NCBI GenBank assembly: GCA_965262715.1
Contig: OZ253553.1
Location: 192,001-256,000, forward strand
Reading direction: 5' to 3'
From: Bdellovibrionales bacterium
Lineage (GTDB): Bacteria; Bdellovibrionota; Bdellovibrionia; Bdellovibrionales; JAUICD01
Length of the DNA stretch: 64,000 bases
The position numbers were made by a program, and so were the translations under genes. Positions 10,239 through 19,468 of this stretch are shown here, one piece after another. Every line of letters starts with the position of its first letter. Within the stretch, counting starts at the first letter, position 1. The notes beneath the pieces were generated by a model, which saw only the letters and a list, made by a program, of their open reading frames with translations, did not search any database and was not told where the DNA came from.

Positions 10239-10712
10239 GTGAACTTATTTAAGTTGAATATATGTATTTTAGTATGTTTCATTGCAGTTAATGTGAATGC
10301 TGACTTGTTTTGCAATCGTGAATATTGGAGAAATACGACACAACCTGACGTAGAATATATGCTAAATTCACAAGAATATGATCAGATTCAAGATGAACAA
10401 CAACTTATCTATGATTTGACATTTCTTTATGAGGAGTGTGAAGAAGGCCAAGAAAAACCCATCCAAATCCTGAAAAGAGAGGCAAGCCTTGATGTACAAA
10501 AATATCTTATGTGTGAAATAACCAGTGAAGTTAACTCTCTTAATGCTTTTTTTACAAGGATTATGGATCCATGGTATTGGACTGGATGTATATTGTATGA
10601 ACTAAGAGAAAGCTGTGAACAAGAAGCTATTTCTTCTTCAATAGGTGGCAAATTGGTATGTCAAGAACCACTAGTAAGATGGAATAGCGTTTTTGGTGGT
10701 GGTAGCAGATAA
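10239..10712 (+). CDS. Secreted Cys-containing hypothetical protein
   Basis: Signal peptide ending VNA; GAGG SD before GTG; LFCNREYW resembles DICSPSWW of the 8033 protein. Confidence 0.65.
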   Translation: MNLFKLNICILVCFIAVNVNADLFCNREYWRNTTQPDVEYMLNSQEYDQIQDEQQLIYDLTFLYEECEEGQEKPIQILKREASLDVQKYLMCEITSEVNSLNAFFTRIMDPWYWTGCILYELRESCEQEAISSSIGGKLVCQEPLVRWNSVFGGGSR

Positions 10713-11191
10713 AAGAGTATTTTATCTTCAATAGCGTTAGAAATTGTCCTTACTATTATTAATTAACTGTAACAATATAAATAATATCGTTTTGGATAAT
10801 AATATAGGATTTGAAATTGTAAATTGCTCTGATAATGTTTGTGCATATCTATGTTGTTTTTGTTCATTAATTATTATTAAGAGGTAACAAAAACTTAGAT
10901 TCATTTCAAGCAAAGCCTACTAGACATTTTCACAAACATATCACACATTATATGATCAAATACAACTCACATCAGCTTTGCTGCACAAACATGTATGGAA
11001 AGAAAAGATACTTGTGGTAAGCTTATGAACTAACTCTTATCCAGTGTTTTAGAAGATAAATTTTATAAAAAAGTTATCACAAAAATATTTTTTCTAAGCA
11101 TTGCATTATACTTAAAATTTCCTTATTTACAATTTAAAAGTTCTAATGACAAAACAAGATGAATTGCCTTAAAAAATCATGTAAAAAATAC

Positions 11192-11220
11192 AATATTTAC
11201 AAATATAACTTGTAAATATT
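11192..11220. promoter_or_regulatory. Perfect 11-bp inverted repeat, possible operator
   Basis: AATATTTACAA-N7-TTGTAAATATT about 100 bp upstream of ATG 11320. Confidence 0.3.
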
Positions 11221-11319
11221 ACAAACTTATATTTAAAGCTTGTATACACGATCTTGTTAAGATATATTAATTTATCAAAATACTATATATCTATTGTGTT
11301 GTATTATAGAGGAAAAATT

Positions 11320-12075
11320 ATGATAAAAAACTTTTTATATACAGGTCTATGTTTAATATTGTTAACTTCAATAGAAGCGATAGCTTATGAACCATCTGTT
11401 CAGAATTCTTTTGATCAACAAGATACATTTGATTTTAATAACACAACAGATATAGATATTGAGGAATATATTGACACAGAGGAAGCACCAGCTCATGGAC
11501 ATGGACCTAGGCGACATCGACGGCAGGGACGTTGTTGTCATCCTGTGACTGTACCTGTTGGACCACTTGTTTGGCAATATTATTGGGGATATTGGAGATG
11601 GTATCAACCCACTACTGTTGTGCAGGATTGTCATATTGTTATTATAGAGAGACCTGATCCTCCTCGTCGTCCTCGCCCTCGACCTCCACGACGTCCTCGT
11701 TACCCACATCCTTCTGACCATGTTGAAGATACCTATTGTGATCAGCTTAGAAGAAGTATCAGAGGTATGAGAGATAACTCACTATTTAATGCCATATGTA
11801 ATGGCCACGACCTTACTGTCGAAAACTTATTAAATAGAGGAAGCCATTATGTAAATGAAAGAGGGTTTACTGGAGAAAATGCTCTCATCCTAGCTACCAA
11901 ATTAGATGATATGCGTATTGTACGTTTGCTCATTCAAGATTTTGACGCAAATGTATGTCTGACTCATCAAGGCCTTATGGCAGTAGATTGGGCTTATGAA
12001 CTTGAACATGAACGTATGTTTCGATACTTAGAAAGAAGATCATCTCATTGCTTTGATGATTTTAGAAGACGATAG
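11320..12075 (+). CDS. Secreted Pro/Arg/His-rich protein with C-terminal ankyrin repeats; paralog of 16388
   Basis: ATG 11320 follows GAGG and aligns with the paralog start; GENALILA...IVRLLI ankyrin motif. Confidence 0.8.
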   Translation: MIKNFLYTGLCLILLTSIEAIAYEPSVQNSFDQQDTFDFNNTTDIDIEEYIDTEEAPAHGHGPRRHRRQGRCCHPVTVPVGPLVWQYYWGYWRWYQPTTVVQDCHIVIIERPDPPRRPRPRPPRRPRYPHPSDHVEDTYCDQLRRSIRGMRDNSLFNAICNGHDLTVENLLNRGSHYVNERGFTGENALILATKLDDMRIVRLLIQDFDANVCLTHQGLMAVDWAYELEHERMFRYLERRSSHCFDDFRRR

Positions 12076-12184
12076 CTTTATTAGGAGCTGTTTACCTTTT
12101 GAAGTTTTATCTTAAACGACTTAGTGTTGTATAAAATGAAAAAGCAATTATCGTTTTGAGTAAAATAACTGTATTTATTCTTAT

Positions 12185-13140
12185 TTATAATACAGCTTCT
12201 ATACATTCTTGCTGTTTCTGTTCTTCATTCTGTATTTCCTTTTCCTTATACGTATTGGATTTTAACACCTCTATAGTAGCAAAGTGACTACCAGAGGAAA
12301 AAATTGCGCTAATAGGAGCAAACAACAAGGAGAAACCATTAGACATAGTCTCTGATTGTCTGTTTTCAGCAATCATTAGAGCTGTTCTACCGTATTTATC
12401 TCTTTTATATGGTCTGCCCCTGCCTCTATAAGAGTTTTTACTAAATTCGAATGATTGCGATCACTACGGCTAATCACCATTAACGCTGTTTCACCATTTA
12501 CATCTGGAATATTAGGATTTGCTTCTTGTTTCAATAACATGTCAACAATAGTTTCACTATAATTATTTCTAACAGCTTTTATCAATGCCGTTTGAGTATT
12601 CTCACTATTTTGCGCATTAGGATCTGCCCCATAAGCTAAAAGCATTTCAACATATTTAGGATCAGCATTTTCAGCAGCTCATGTTAATGGTGTGTCACCA
12701 TACTTATCTCGAATATCAATATCTATTTTTGCATCTAATAACATTTTAGCAATATCAAGTTTGTTGTATCTCATTGCTAAAGCTATAGGTAATCTGCCAT
12801 ATTGATCATGAATAAAATTTGGATCTGCTCCTCTCTCTAACAACATACCCACAAAATCTATATTACCCCATAAAATAGCTGCTTCTAAAGGTGTCATAGG
12901 AGTAGAAAGAAAATTCAGGAAACCGGTGCCTATGTCTGGCACATTAAGATCAATCTTAGAGTTTATCAATTTATAAGCTTCATCAAGTTTATTATTTTGA
13001 ATACTAGTTATGAGAAGCTGTCTATTACGACGATTATGGTTATCATCATGCTTTGCGTAAGAAATAGTATTATTTATTAGAGAGAGAAAGATCGAAGAAA
13101 TACACAATTTTAAAAGAAAACAACCTTGTGATTCTTTCAT
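12185..13140 (-). pseudogene. Disrupted secreted ankyrin-repeat gene
   Basis: In-frame TGA at 12679-12681 inside GDTPLT*AAEN; a frameshift near 12405 restores RDKYGRTALMIA; joins three track ORFs. Confidence 0.85.
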
Positions 13141-13268
13141 TAATCAACTCACCACTATCATACAAGTTTTTAGAGCAAGAAAAATTTCATATCAATGATA
13201 AAAAATATAATAGAATGCAACAAAATAACTTTCAAGGCATTTTTTATGAACTTTGCGTTATACATACC

Positions 13269-13443
13269 TAGAGCCCATCTCAAACTTTTATAAATAACTG
13301 CTTTTTTGGGCAATCCAGTAACAAGCCTCTGAAATAGTGGCCAGATTGCCAAATGCTAGATATCTTAAGCAACCAAGATTTATCATTTTAGTTCTTAACG
13401 TGTGTTATATAATACAAAAACTTATTTTGTCAGACCGCTTCTA
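13269..13443. mobile_element. MITE-like element (175 bp)
   Basis: Ends TAGAGCCCATCTCAAA and TTTTGTCAGACCGCTTCTA, TA-bounded; internal GGCAATCCAG..CCAGATTGCC resembles 4021-4086. Confidence 0.55.
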
Positions 13444-13481
13444 AATAGGATTGATGAATTCCCTATCAGTCTCTTTATAAT

Positions 13482-15677
13482 CTAAAGATTATTACGAAGT
13501 AACAAAATTAATAAGGATATGACCAAACCGATACAAGCAAAAGCCATCTTATAATAATAAGTATAGGCCCTTGATGTGTGATGTGATGATTGGATAGTTT
13601 TTACTTCTATAGAAGGAATAGGTGATCTACGATACCAACCTTTAACTGTAACCTCCTGTCTTTGAAACTTCTTAAAATGGAAGATACCAAATAGAATGTT
13701 AAGCCCAAAAGGTTCATGATCGAGAAAGATCAGCCCTGTCTTATCCTTAAGGAAAAAATCTTCAGAGAAAATTGATCCAGCAATTCCTCTTCCTAAAATA
13801 CGACCTTTTAGAACCACCGGATAAGAGCAAACAGGAGATACTTTCACTACTTTTAAAAGAGCTGCAATAGAGCAAGGGAAAAAACTTCCCTCACCTGGAT
13901 ATGCTTTTAAAACTCTGATCAAAGCTCCTATAGATACACATAAGATAAAAGTTGCAAATAAAGAAATAAGAGAAACCCAATCAGAACCATTAAACATGCT
14001 CCACATTTGAAGTAATGTGATCTGGTTAAACACGCTATATGATACAATACCTAAAACACCTAAGATATATGGCAGAAATACAATAAATAAATCAAAGAAG
14101 AAATCATCCCAATAACTTTCTGGCTTCCGCTTGTTAAATAAAAGGTAGGGTTCTTGATTTAAAGATAGAGCATAAGAACTAATAGCATTTATTCTCTTGG
14201 CTGTAAGAGGATGAGTGGAGTTCAGTTCATAGTAAGACGCCCAAGGATTCCAAAGATCCCATCTCATAATATCTTTTATAGATTCAGGATTATACATATC
14301 TTCAGATTCTGTTCCTTGTTGGAGAAGAGATAGCTGTTGAGATATTGAAGCACTCGCAATGTTAAAAGCTTCTACACTTTGAGCTGCTTGAGATTTCCTT
14401 TTTTGATTTTTCTTTTCTAAACTATTTGTAGCATGACCTAAGTTTTTTAATTGTTGTGTTACTGCTTGAGTTGCAATGTCTCGTCTTCTCCTCACCGAAC
14501 GTTGCCTAGAAGGATTGACCTGCTTAGAATCCTCTTGCATAGAAGAGGGGTCTAATAAACCGTAGGAAATTTTAACCAGTGCTGTTAACAAAGCATTTGG
14601 TTTTTTTGTGGCAAAACAACTAAACCGATCTGCATAATATTCTCTTGCCCTAGAGACAAAAAGTACTAAATACTCAGAAACCAAGTAAGAGACATAACTA
14701 ACAACCATAACAGCAATAATGTCTTTTCTCCCCTTTGACTCCCGAACGGCTTCCCTAAAGTAATCAAAAATATTGTATAAAATAATAGGTACAATCTTTA
14801 TGACAGTCATTAAGGCAAAGTCCCAATGTTTAATATGTCCTAATTCATGAGCTAAAACAGATTCTAATTCATCTTGATCAAGTAATTGAAACATTCCTTC
14901 GGAAAAAACAACTCTTGCGCTATAAGGAGTTCTACCATATGTATATGCCTGAGGAGATTGATCTCGAATAATTCCTATTCTAGGAGTAGGTATACGATTA
15001 TTACGACAAAGCTTCATCAAAGAATCTTGAAAGTGGGCAGGAAGGTCTTTAAATAAAACCCAATCTAAAGATCCAAAAAGTCTTAATTGCCAATCTAAAA
15101 AGATAGGGCCAAAGTAAAATTGCAATAAAACAAAAATGATAAGGACAATAGAACCAGCCCAAACAGGTAACGCTGTCATTTCCATTGCAAAAACTATCAC
15201 TCCAAATAATAAACCATAAAGAGAAAGTAGAACCATTCCAGAAGTTAAAGCTAAAGACGGCATGCGGGCAGGAACAACCATTTTATTTTGAGCAATTTTT
15301 TTAGAAATAAAAGTGTCTTCTTGAATTTTTTTAAATGATTTATCTTTTTGAATATTCTCAAATTCCTGAGCATCAAGGTAAATGCCACGGCAAGAAGAAC
15401 ATTCTTCAACTTGATAGGAAAATCCTGGAAACTTACCTGCTTGCATAGAAGCATTGTCACATTTTGGACATTTGGCAGATATACGTTGAGATCGATCTAA
15501 ACCAAAATGCAAATATTGTTTTAAAATAGTACGATCTTTAATGAAAAAATTAACTTCACCATAATCCAGCCACACACCTCGACAAGAGGGGCAAACGTCA
15601 ATCAATACTCCCTTTTTTGTCAAAACAGATCGCATCTGTTTTGTACACTTTAAGCATTTAATAGTTTTTTGATCCAT
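13482..15677 (-). CDS. M48 (HtpX-like) zinc metalloprotease with two N-terminal zinc ribbons and a C-terminal membrane extension
   Basis: Four CxxC pairs, AHELGH, REYYAD, THP, multiple TM segments. Confidence 0.85.
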   Translation of the reverse strand: MDQKTIKCLKCTKQMRSVLTKKGVLIDVCPSCRGVWLDYGEVNFFIKDRTILKQYLHFGLDRSQRISAKCPKCDNASMQAGKFPGFSYQVEECSSCRGIYLDAQEFENIQKDKSFKKIQEDTFISKKIAQNKMVVPARMPSLALTSGMVLLSLYGLLFGVIVFAMEMTALPVWAGSIVLIIFVLLQFYFGPIFLDWQLRLFGSLDWVLFKDLPAHFQDSLMKLCRNNRIPTPRIGIIRDQSPQAYTYGRTPYSARVVFSEGMFQLLDQDELESVLAHELGHIKHWDFALMTVIKIVPIILYNIFDYFREAVRESKGRKDIIAVMVVSYVSYLVSEYLVLFVSRAREYYADRFSCFATKKPNALLTALVKISYGLLDPSSMQEDSKQVNPSRQRSVRRRRDIATQAVTQQLKNLGHATNSLEKKNQKRKSQAAQSVEAFNIASASISQQLSLLQQGTESEDMYNPESIKDIMRWDLWNPWASYYELNSTHPLTAKRINAISSYALSLNQEPYLLFNKRKPESYWDDFFFDLFIVFLPYILGVLGIVSYSVFNQITLLQMWSMFNGSDWVSLISLFATFILCVSIGALIRVLKAYPGEGSFFPCSIAALLKVVKVSPVCSYPVVLKGRILGRGIAGSIFSEDFFLKDKTGLIFLDHEPFGLNILFGIFHFKKFQRQEVTVKGWYRRSPIPSIEVKTIQSSHHTSRAYTYYYKMAFACIGLVISLLILLLRNNL

Positions 15678-15761
15678 GATATCTATTATACAGTAATTTT
15701 TTGATTTGTACTGCTTAACCCTACACTATATAGAAAAGTGTATATAAACATTTCAAAATAC

Positions 15762-16284
15762 TAAGGGCTGTTGCCGTTTCGAGATAAGGAGGACGGATCC
15801 ATTCCATTAGGTATGACCATTCAAGTTCAACTTTTTCAATTTGCAAGCACTATATTATATGGATTAAAAAAAATAGATGGTGATAAAAACCAATGATAAA
15901 AATGGGCAGAGGCTCGCCTTACGAGTCTGGCCTCAGGGCAATGATGAGTAGGAATGAATTTAATTGATTTCCCTAACATAGTATAAAAAAATGAAGAGTA
16001 TCTCCCTTACTCAAAATGAATATGTTTTCTGGGCAATAAGCTATTTGCCGACAGCGAAAGACTGTCGGGCTTATTGCCAGAAAACCGCCAGAGGCGGGTT
16101 CATTTTGAGGGAAACAATTCAAGAAGGAAAATGAAGGTCCAGCTCAATCAAGGCCATCCGGAATCGGTTACCCGGAACTGATAACAGTTTGCTAGATTGC
16201 CCGCTTACCGGACCTCGGAAAAAAAGAGAGCTTAACTGGTCATGAACCTATTTTTATACTTGCTGTGAATGACAACAACCTCTA
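15762..16284. mobile_element. Composite MITE-like element with nested family A repeat
   Basis: Left end TAAGGGCTGTTGCCGTTTCGAG; imperfect inverted right end GAATGACAACAACCTCTA; internal CCGG-rich units at 16155-16220. Confidence 0.5.
15967..16117 (-). repeat. Family A branched-hairpin repeat
   Basis: Reverse complement TGTTTCCCTCAAAATGAA-CCGCCTCTGGCGG-TTTTCTGGCAATAAGC-CCGACAG..CTGTCGG-CAAATA-GCTTATTGCC..TTCATTTTGAG. Confidence 0.9.
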
Positions 16285-16387
16285 AAAGCCTTATACTTAT
16301 TATATTAATTCATTATATTAAAGGTTGCATAAGCCGTTTTGCTAATATATAATTGGCACCACATAAAATATGTAAAAGAGGAAATCT

Positions 16388-17494
16388 GTGATAAAAAAAC
16401 CTTTATATATAGCTTTATGTTTAGCATTATTCATCTCAGTAGAGGTAATAGCTTACCCGTCATCTGTTCAAAACTCTTTTGATCAACAAGATACATTTGA
16501 TTTTGATAACACAATAGATATTGAGGAATATATTGATGCAGGGCAACCAATAGCTCATAGAGGACCACCACATCGCCATAGAAGACGCTGTTATCTAGTA
16601 ACTGTACCTGGACCGCCTGTTTGGGGCCCTTGGGGATGGCGTCGACCTACCGTTCGTAAATGTCGCCCTGTTATTGTATACAAAGCACCTCCTCCTCCCC
16701 GACGACGTCCTGGCTATCGTCCTGGTCATCCACGAGGTTTCGACTACCGCCCTCATCATCACCCACGCCCACGACGTCCTCGCTATTCACAACGTTCTCG
16801 TCACTCATCACCCTCTCATAATTTTGAAGGTGCAAGAGATCATCCTTCTGATCACCATCATCCACGACGTTCTCGTCGCTCGTCATCTTCTTCTCATAAC
16901 TTTGAAGGTACAAGAGATCGTCATTTACCAGTAGAAGATTTAGAGGGTCGTTATTTATCACCATCTGCTCGTAGCCCTGAAAATGAAGAAGACCGCCTTG
17001 TACCACTACCTTCTCGCAGCCTTGCAGGTGTAGACGACCGCCTTGTACCACTACCTTCTCGCAGCTCTGAAGATGTAGACGACCGCCCTCCACCACTATC
17101 TTCTCGCAACTCTACTGAAGATACAGAAAATGTTTATATCTATACCTATTGTGATCATAGAAGAAATCTCAGAGATATTAGAAGAGAAGACGAGCAAGAT
17201 GACTTAGTAAAAAACCTACTATTTAACGCTATATGTGATAATGAAAGTACTATTGTGGGATTTCTATTAGAAGATAGAGGCTATTTTATAAATGAGGTAG
17301 TGTTTACTGGAGAAACACCTCTAATCCTAGCAATTAAATTAGAAAATATGGATATTGTACGTCTGCTTGTTGAAAGTTTCGAAGCAGATATATGTAGAGA
17401 AATCCAAGGTCTTACAGCAATAGGCTGGGCTGAAGAACTTCGCAATGAAGGCATCTTTGAATATCTAGAAGAAAGATCATCTCAGTGCTTTTAA
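16388..17494 (+). CDS. Secreted Pro/Arg/His-rich repeat protein with C-terminal ankyrin repeats; paralog of 11320
   Basis: Shared SVQNSFDQQDTFDF..DIEEYID leader; GETPLILA; 45-bp x3 repeat at 16991-17110 and a 78-bp-spaced duplication (HNFEG) near 16813 and 16891. Confidence 0.8.
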   Translation: MIKKPLYIALCLALFISVEVIAYPSSVQNSFDQQDTFDFDNTIDIEEYIDAGQPIAHRGPPHRHRRRCYLVTVPGPPVWGPWGWRRPTVRKCRPVIVYKAPPPPRRRPGYRPGHPRGFDYRPHHHPRPRRPRYSQRSRHSSPSHNFEGARDHPSDHHHPRRSRRSSSSSHNFEGTRDRHLPVEDLEGRYLSPSARSPENEEDRLVPLPSRSLAGVDDRLVPLPSRSSEDVDDRPPPLSSRNSTEDTENVYIYTYCDHRRNLRDIRREDEQDDLVKNLLFNAICDNESTIVGFLLEDRGYFINEVVFTGETPLILAIKLENMDIVRLLVESFEADICREIQGLTAIGWAEELRNEGIFEYLEERSSQCF

Positions 17495-17508
17495 ATATAC
17501 CTCTTTAA

Positions 17509-18207
17509 TCAATTATTCGTACAGTTTTCCCATTCTGTTTTTGCCATATTAAAGTCTGTTCTTCCTCTTTCTGTTATAATAGAAGCTCTCTCTTCCCTAT
17601 TTATACGTAATATAGATCCAAGATTATATCTTGCCGTAATACTTATATAGGATTCATTAATTGAACGCTGACACCTTATATCATCAGATGAAAGAATGTC
17701 TCGTCGAAGTTCAAAGATATCCTTCAGTGTATCTAGAGCTTCTCCTTCTATCCCATGTTCTCTTAATGTACCTATTAAGAAATCAAAATTATCTTCATAA
17801 ATTCGGTAAGCTAATTGTGATGGATCTGATATCTCTTCTGAATGTGATATACAACTACTCCATGAGTGTTGAGCTAAACCTAATTGGGCTTTTAAAGAAT
17901 CGATATGTTCTTGAGTTACATTATTGAATTGACTAGCTCTATGTTCCTCCATAAACGGCATAAGTACATAGCTATAGAAAATAAAAAAAGGTTCTCGATA
18001 ACGATCACAGAAAGAATTATTATTATTATCACTATCTACAATACTTAAAGTCTCCCTTTCTATATCTAACAATTGAAGTTCTCTTATATTTTGTCTTGAC
18101 CCGTGTGCACTCTTCAACCCTATAGGATACCCTAAAATGACCACTAATAATAAAGATAACAAAGGTTTAATCATCAAATGAGTTAAGGGATAATGAGCGC
18201 AATACAT
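17509..18207 (-). CDS. Secreted hypothetical protein
   Basis: Hydrophobic N-terminus, AGGAGG SD, weak internal duplication (FC..Y..WxxC). Confidence 0.65.
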   Translation of the reverse strand: MYCAHYPLTHLMIKPLLSLLLVVILGYPIGLKSAHGSRQNIRELQLLDIERETLSIVDSDNNNNSFCDRYREPFFIFYSYVLMPFMEEHRASQFNNVTQEHIDSLKAQLGLAQHSWSSCISHSEEISDPSQLAYRIYEDNFDFLIGTLREHGIEGEALDTLKDIFELRRDILSSDDIRCQRSINESYISITARYNLGSILRINREERASIITERGRTDFNMAKTEWENCTNN

Positions 18208-18392
18208 TTTTCCTCCTATTTTTAATGGATTTGAGAAATATATATTTCTATCTTAAAATCATTCACAACCTTTATACCTATTTTGTACACATAAATATAG
18301 AGAAATATGGGAAAATGTTTTAAAATAGTAAAGAAAATTTGAAGTAAACCGAAGACTCATAACCTAAAGGCCTTCCATTAAGAGGTTTTACA

Positions 18393-18908
18393 ATGAAAGT
18401 TAGACAATATGTGTTATTTATACCTTTTTTATTTATCATTACTGGTTGTGGTGCAACAATCTGCTCAAAAAAAGACAATTCAAAGCACGGTGTTGCCTTT
18501 AACTATGGAAATATGTATGGCAACAAATATGTAGACATTGATCATTTACCTACATTTGTTGAAAAAAACAAGTGGGTGAAAAAAATAATTATTGAAACTA
18601 ACGGCTTTTTAGTTATATCCTCTCAACAAACAGCTTCCTGTAAAAATAAAGAAGAAATAAAAGCAGCAATTAATAAGAAGCTTTCTCTCCCTCCCTGCGA
18701 AAGAATAGCCATGATAAAATATCCAGCTCATCGTTATATGACCGGCCAAGGATATGAACGATGGGATCATATTTCTGAAGAAGAATGGCCTAACATAAAT
18801 GATCTAAAACATACCTTTTCTCAACAAGCTGATTATCATTATGAAAATTGTAATTACAATATATTTGGCCGTTTTTATATGTTCTTAGCAGTACTTGATT
18901 TTATATAA
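18393..18908 (+). CDS. Putative lipoprotein
   Basis: Lipobox ITGC after a hydrophobic stretch. Confidence 0.65.
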   Translation: MKVRQYVLFIPFLFIITGCGATICSKKDNSKHGVAFNYGNMYGNKYVDIDHLPTFVEKNKWVKKIIIETNGFLVISSQQTASCKNKEEIKAAINKKLSLPPCERIAMIKYPAHRYMTGQGYERWDHISEEEWPNINDLKHTFSQQADYHYENCNYNIFGRFYMFLAVLDFI

Positions 18909-19144
18909 TCCTTTTTAGAAAACACTTATCACTTTCTCTAAGCGTTACAATAATATCATAAAAATAAACTCGGTAATCTGATAGAAGATATTTCAATTTA
19001 TAATGATTAATAAATAGCAGCGGTCTGACAAAACTCTGTTTACATTATAAACAAAGCAAGATTCAGATAAAGTTTAAGCATTTTGACATAGTTTATATAA
19101 ATAAGCTCCTGTTCTGCTTGTCCCGCTAAAGTCAAGATGACCGA

Positions 19145-19468
19145 TCATAATACAGCGTTTGCACATTCATCTGTAAGGCTAAGGTCTGTTACTGTGACTA
19201 ATATCTCAGCAATATCATATTTGTTCTTTTTTATAGCAAAAGCTAAAGGTTCTCTTTTAATAAAACCAAAAGACCTATATGCATCTTGTTGAACATTAGG
19301 GCCTGCTCCTGCATCCAATAGCATATTAACAATATCTGTATGTTCCCATAAAACAGCTGTTGCTAAAGGAGTATATGCAGGAAATAAAAACCTAAAAAAT
19401 CCAGTACTTCTAGATCTTTTATTAAGATCAACTCCAGAACGTATTAACCTAGAAACCTCATTAACCAA
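19145..19468 (-). pseudogene. 5'-truncated, internally deleted ankyrin gene fragment
   Basis: GVDLN..TGFFRFL..TPLATAVLW parallels the 12185-13140 family; C-terminus ECANAVL vs ECIEAVL; no signal peptide; overlaps the murG stop. Confidence 0.7.

Noticed and set aside
10713..11190. Long AT-rich intergenic region, possible decayed gene or ncRNA
   Set aside because: No convincing frame, structure or repeat-family match was recognisable by eye
12679..12681. TGA-as-Trp recoding or selenocysteine
   Set aside because: TGA terminates conserved genes here, and the same gene also has a frameshift
19118..19140. CTTGTCCCGCTAAAGTCAAGATG, possible IS end
   Set aside because: Single occurrence with no partner end or transposase remnant
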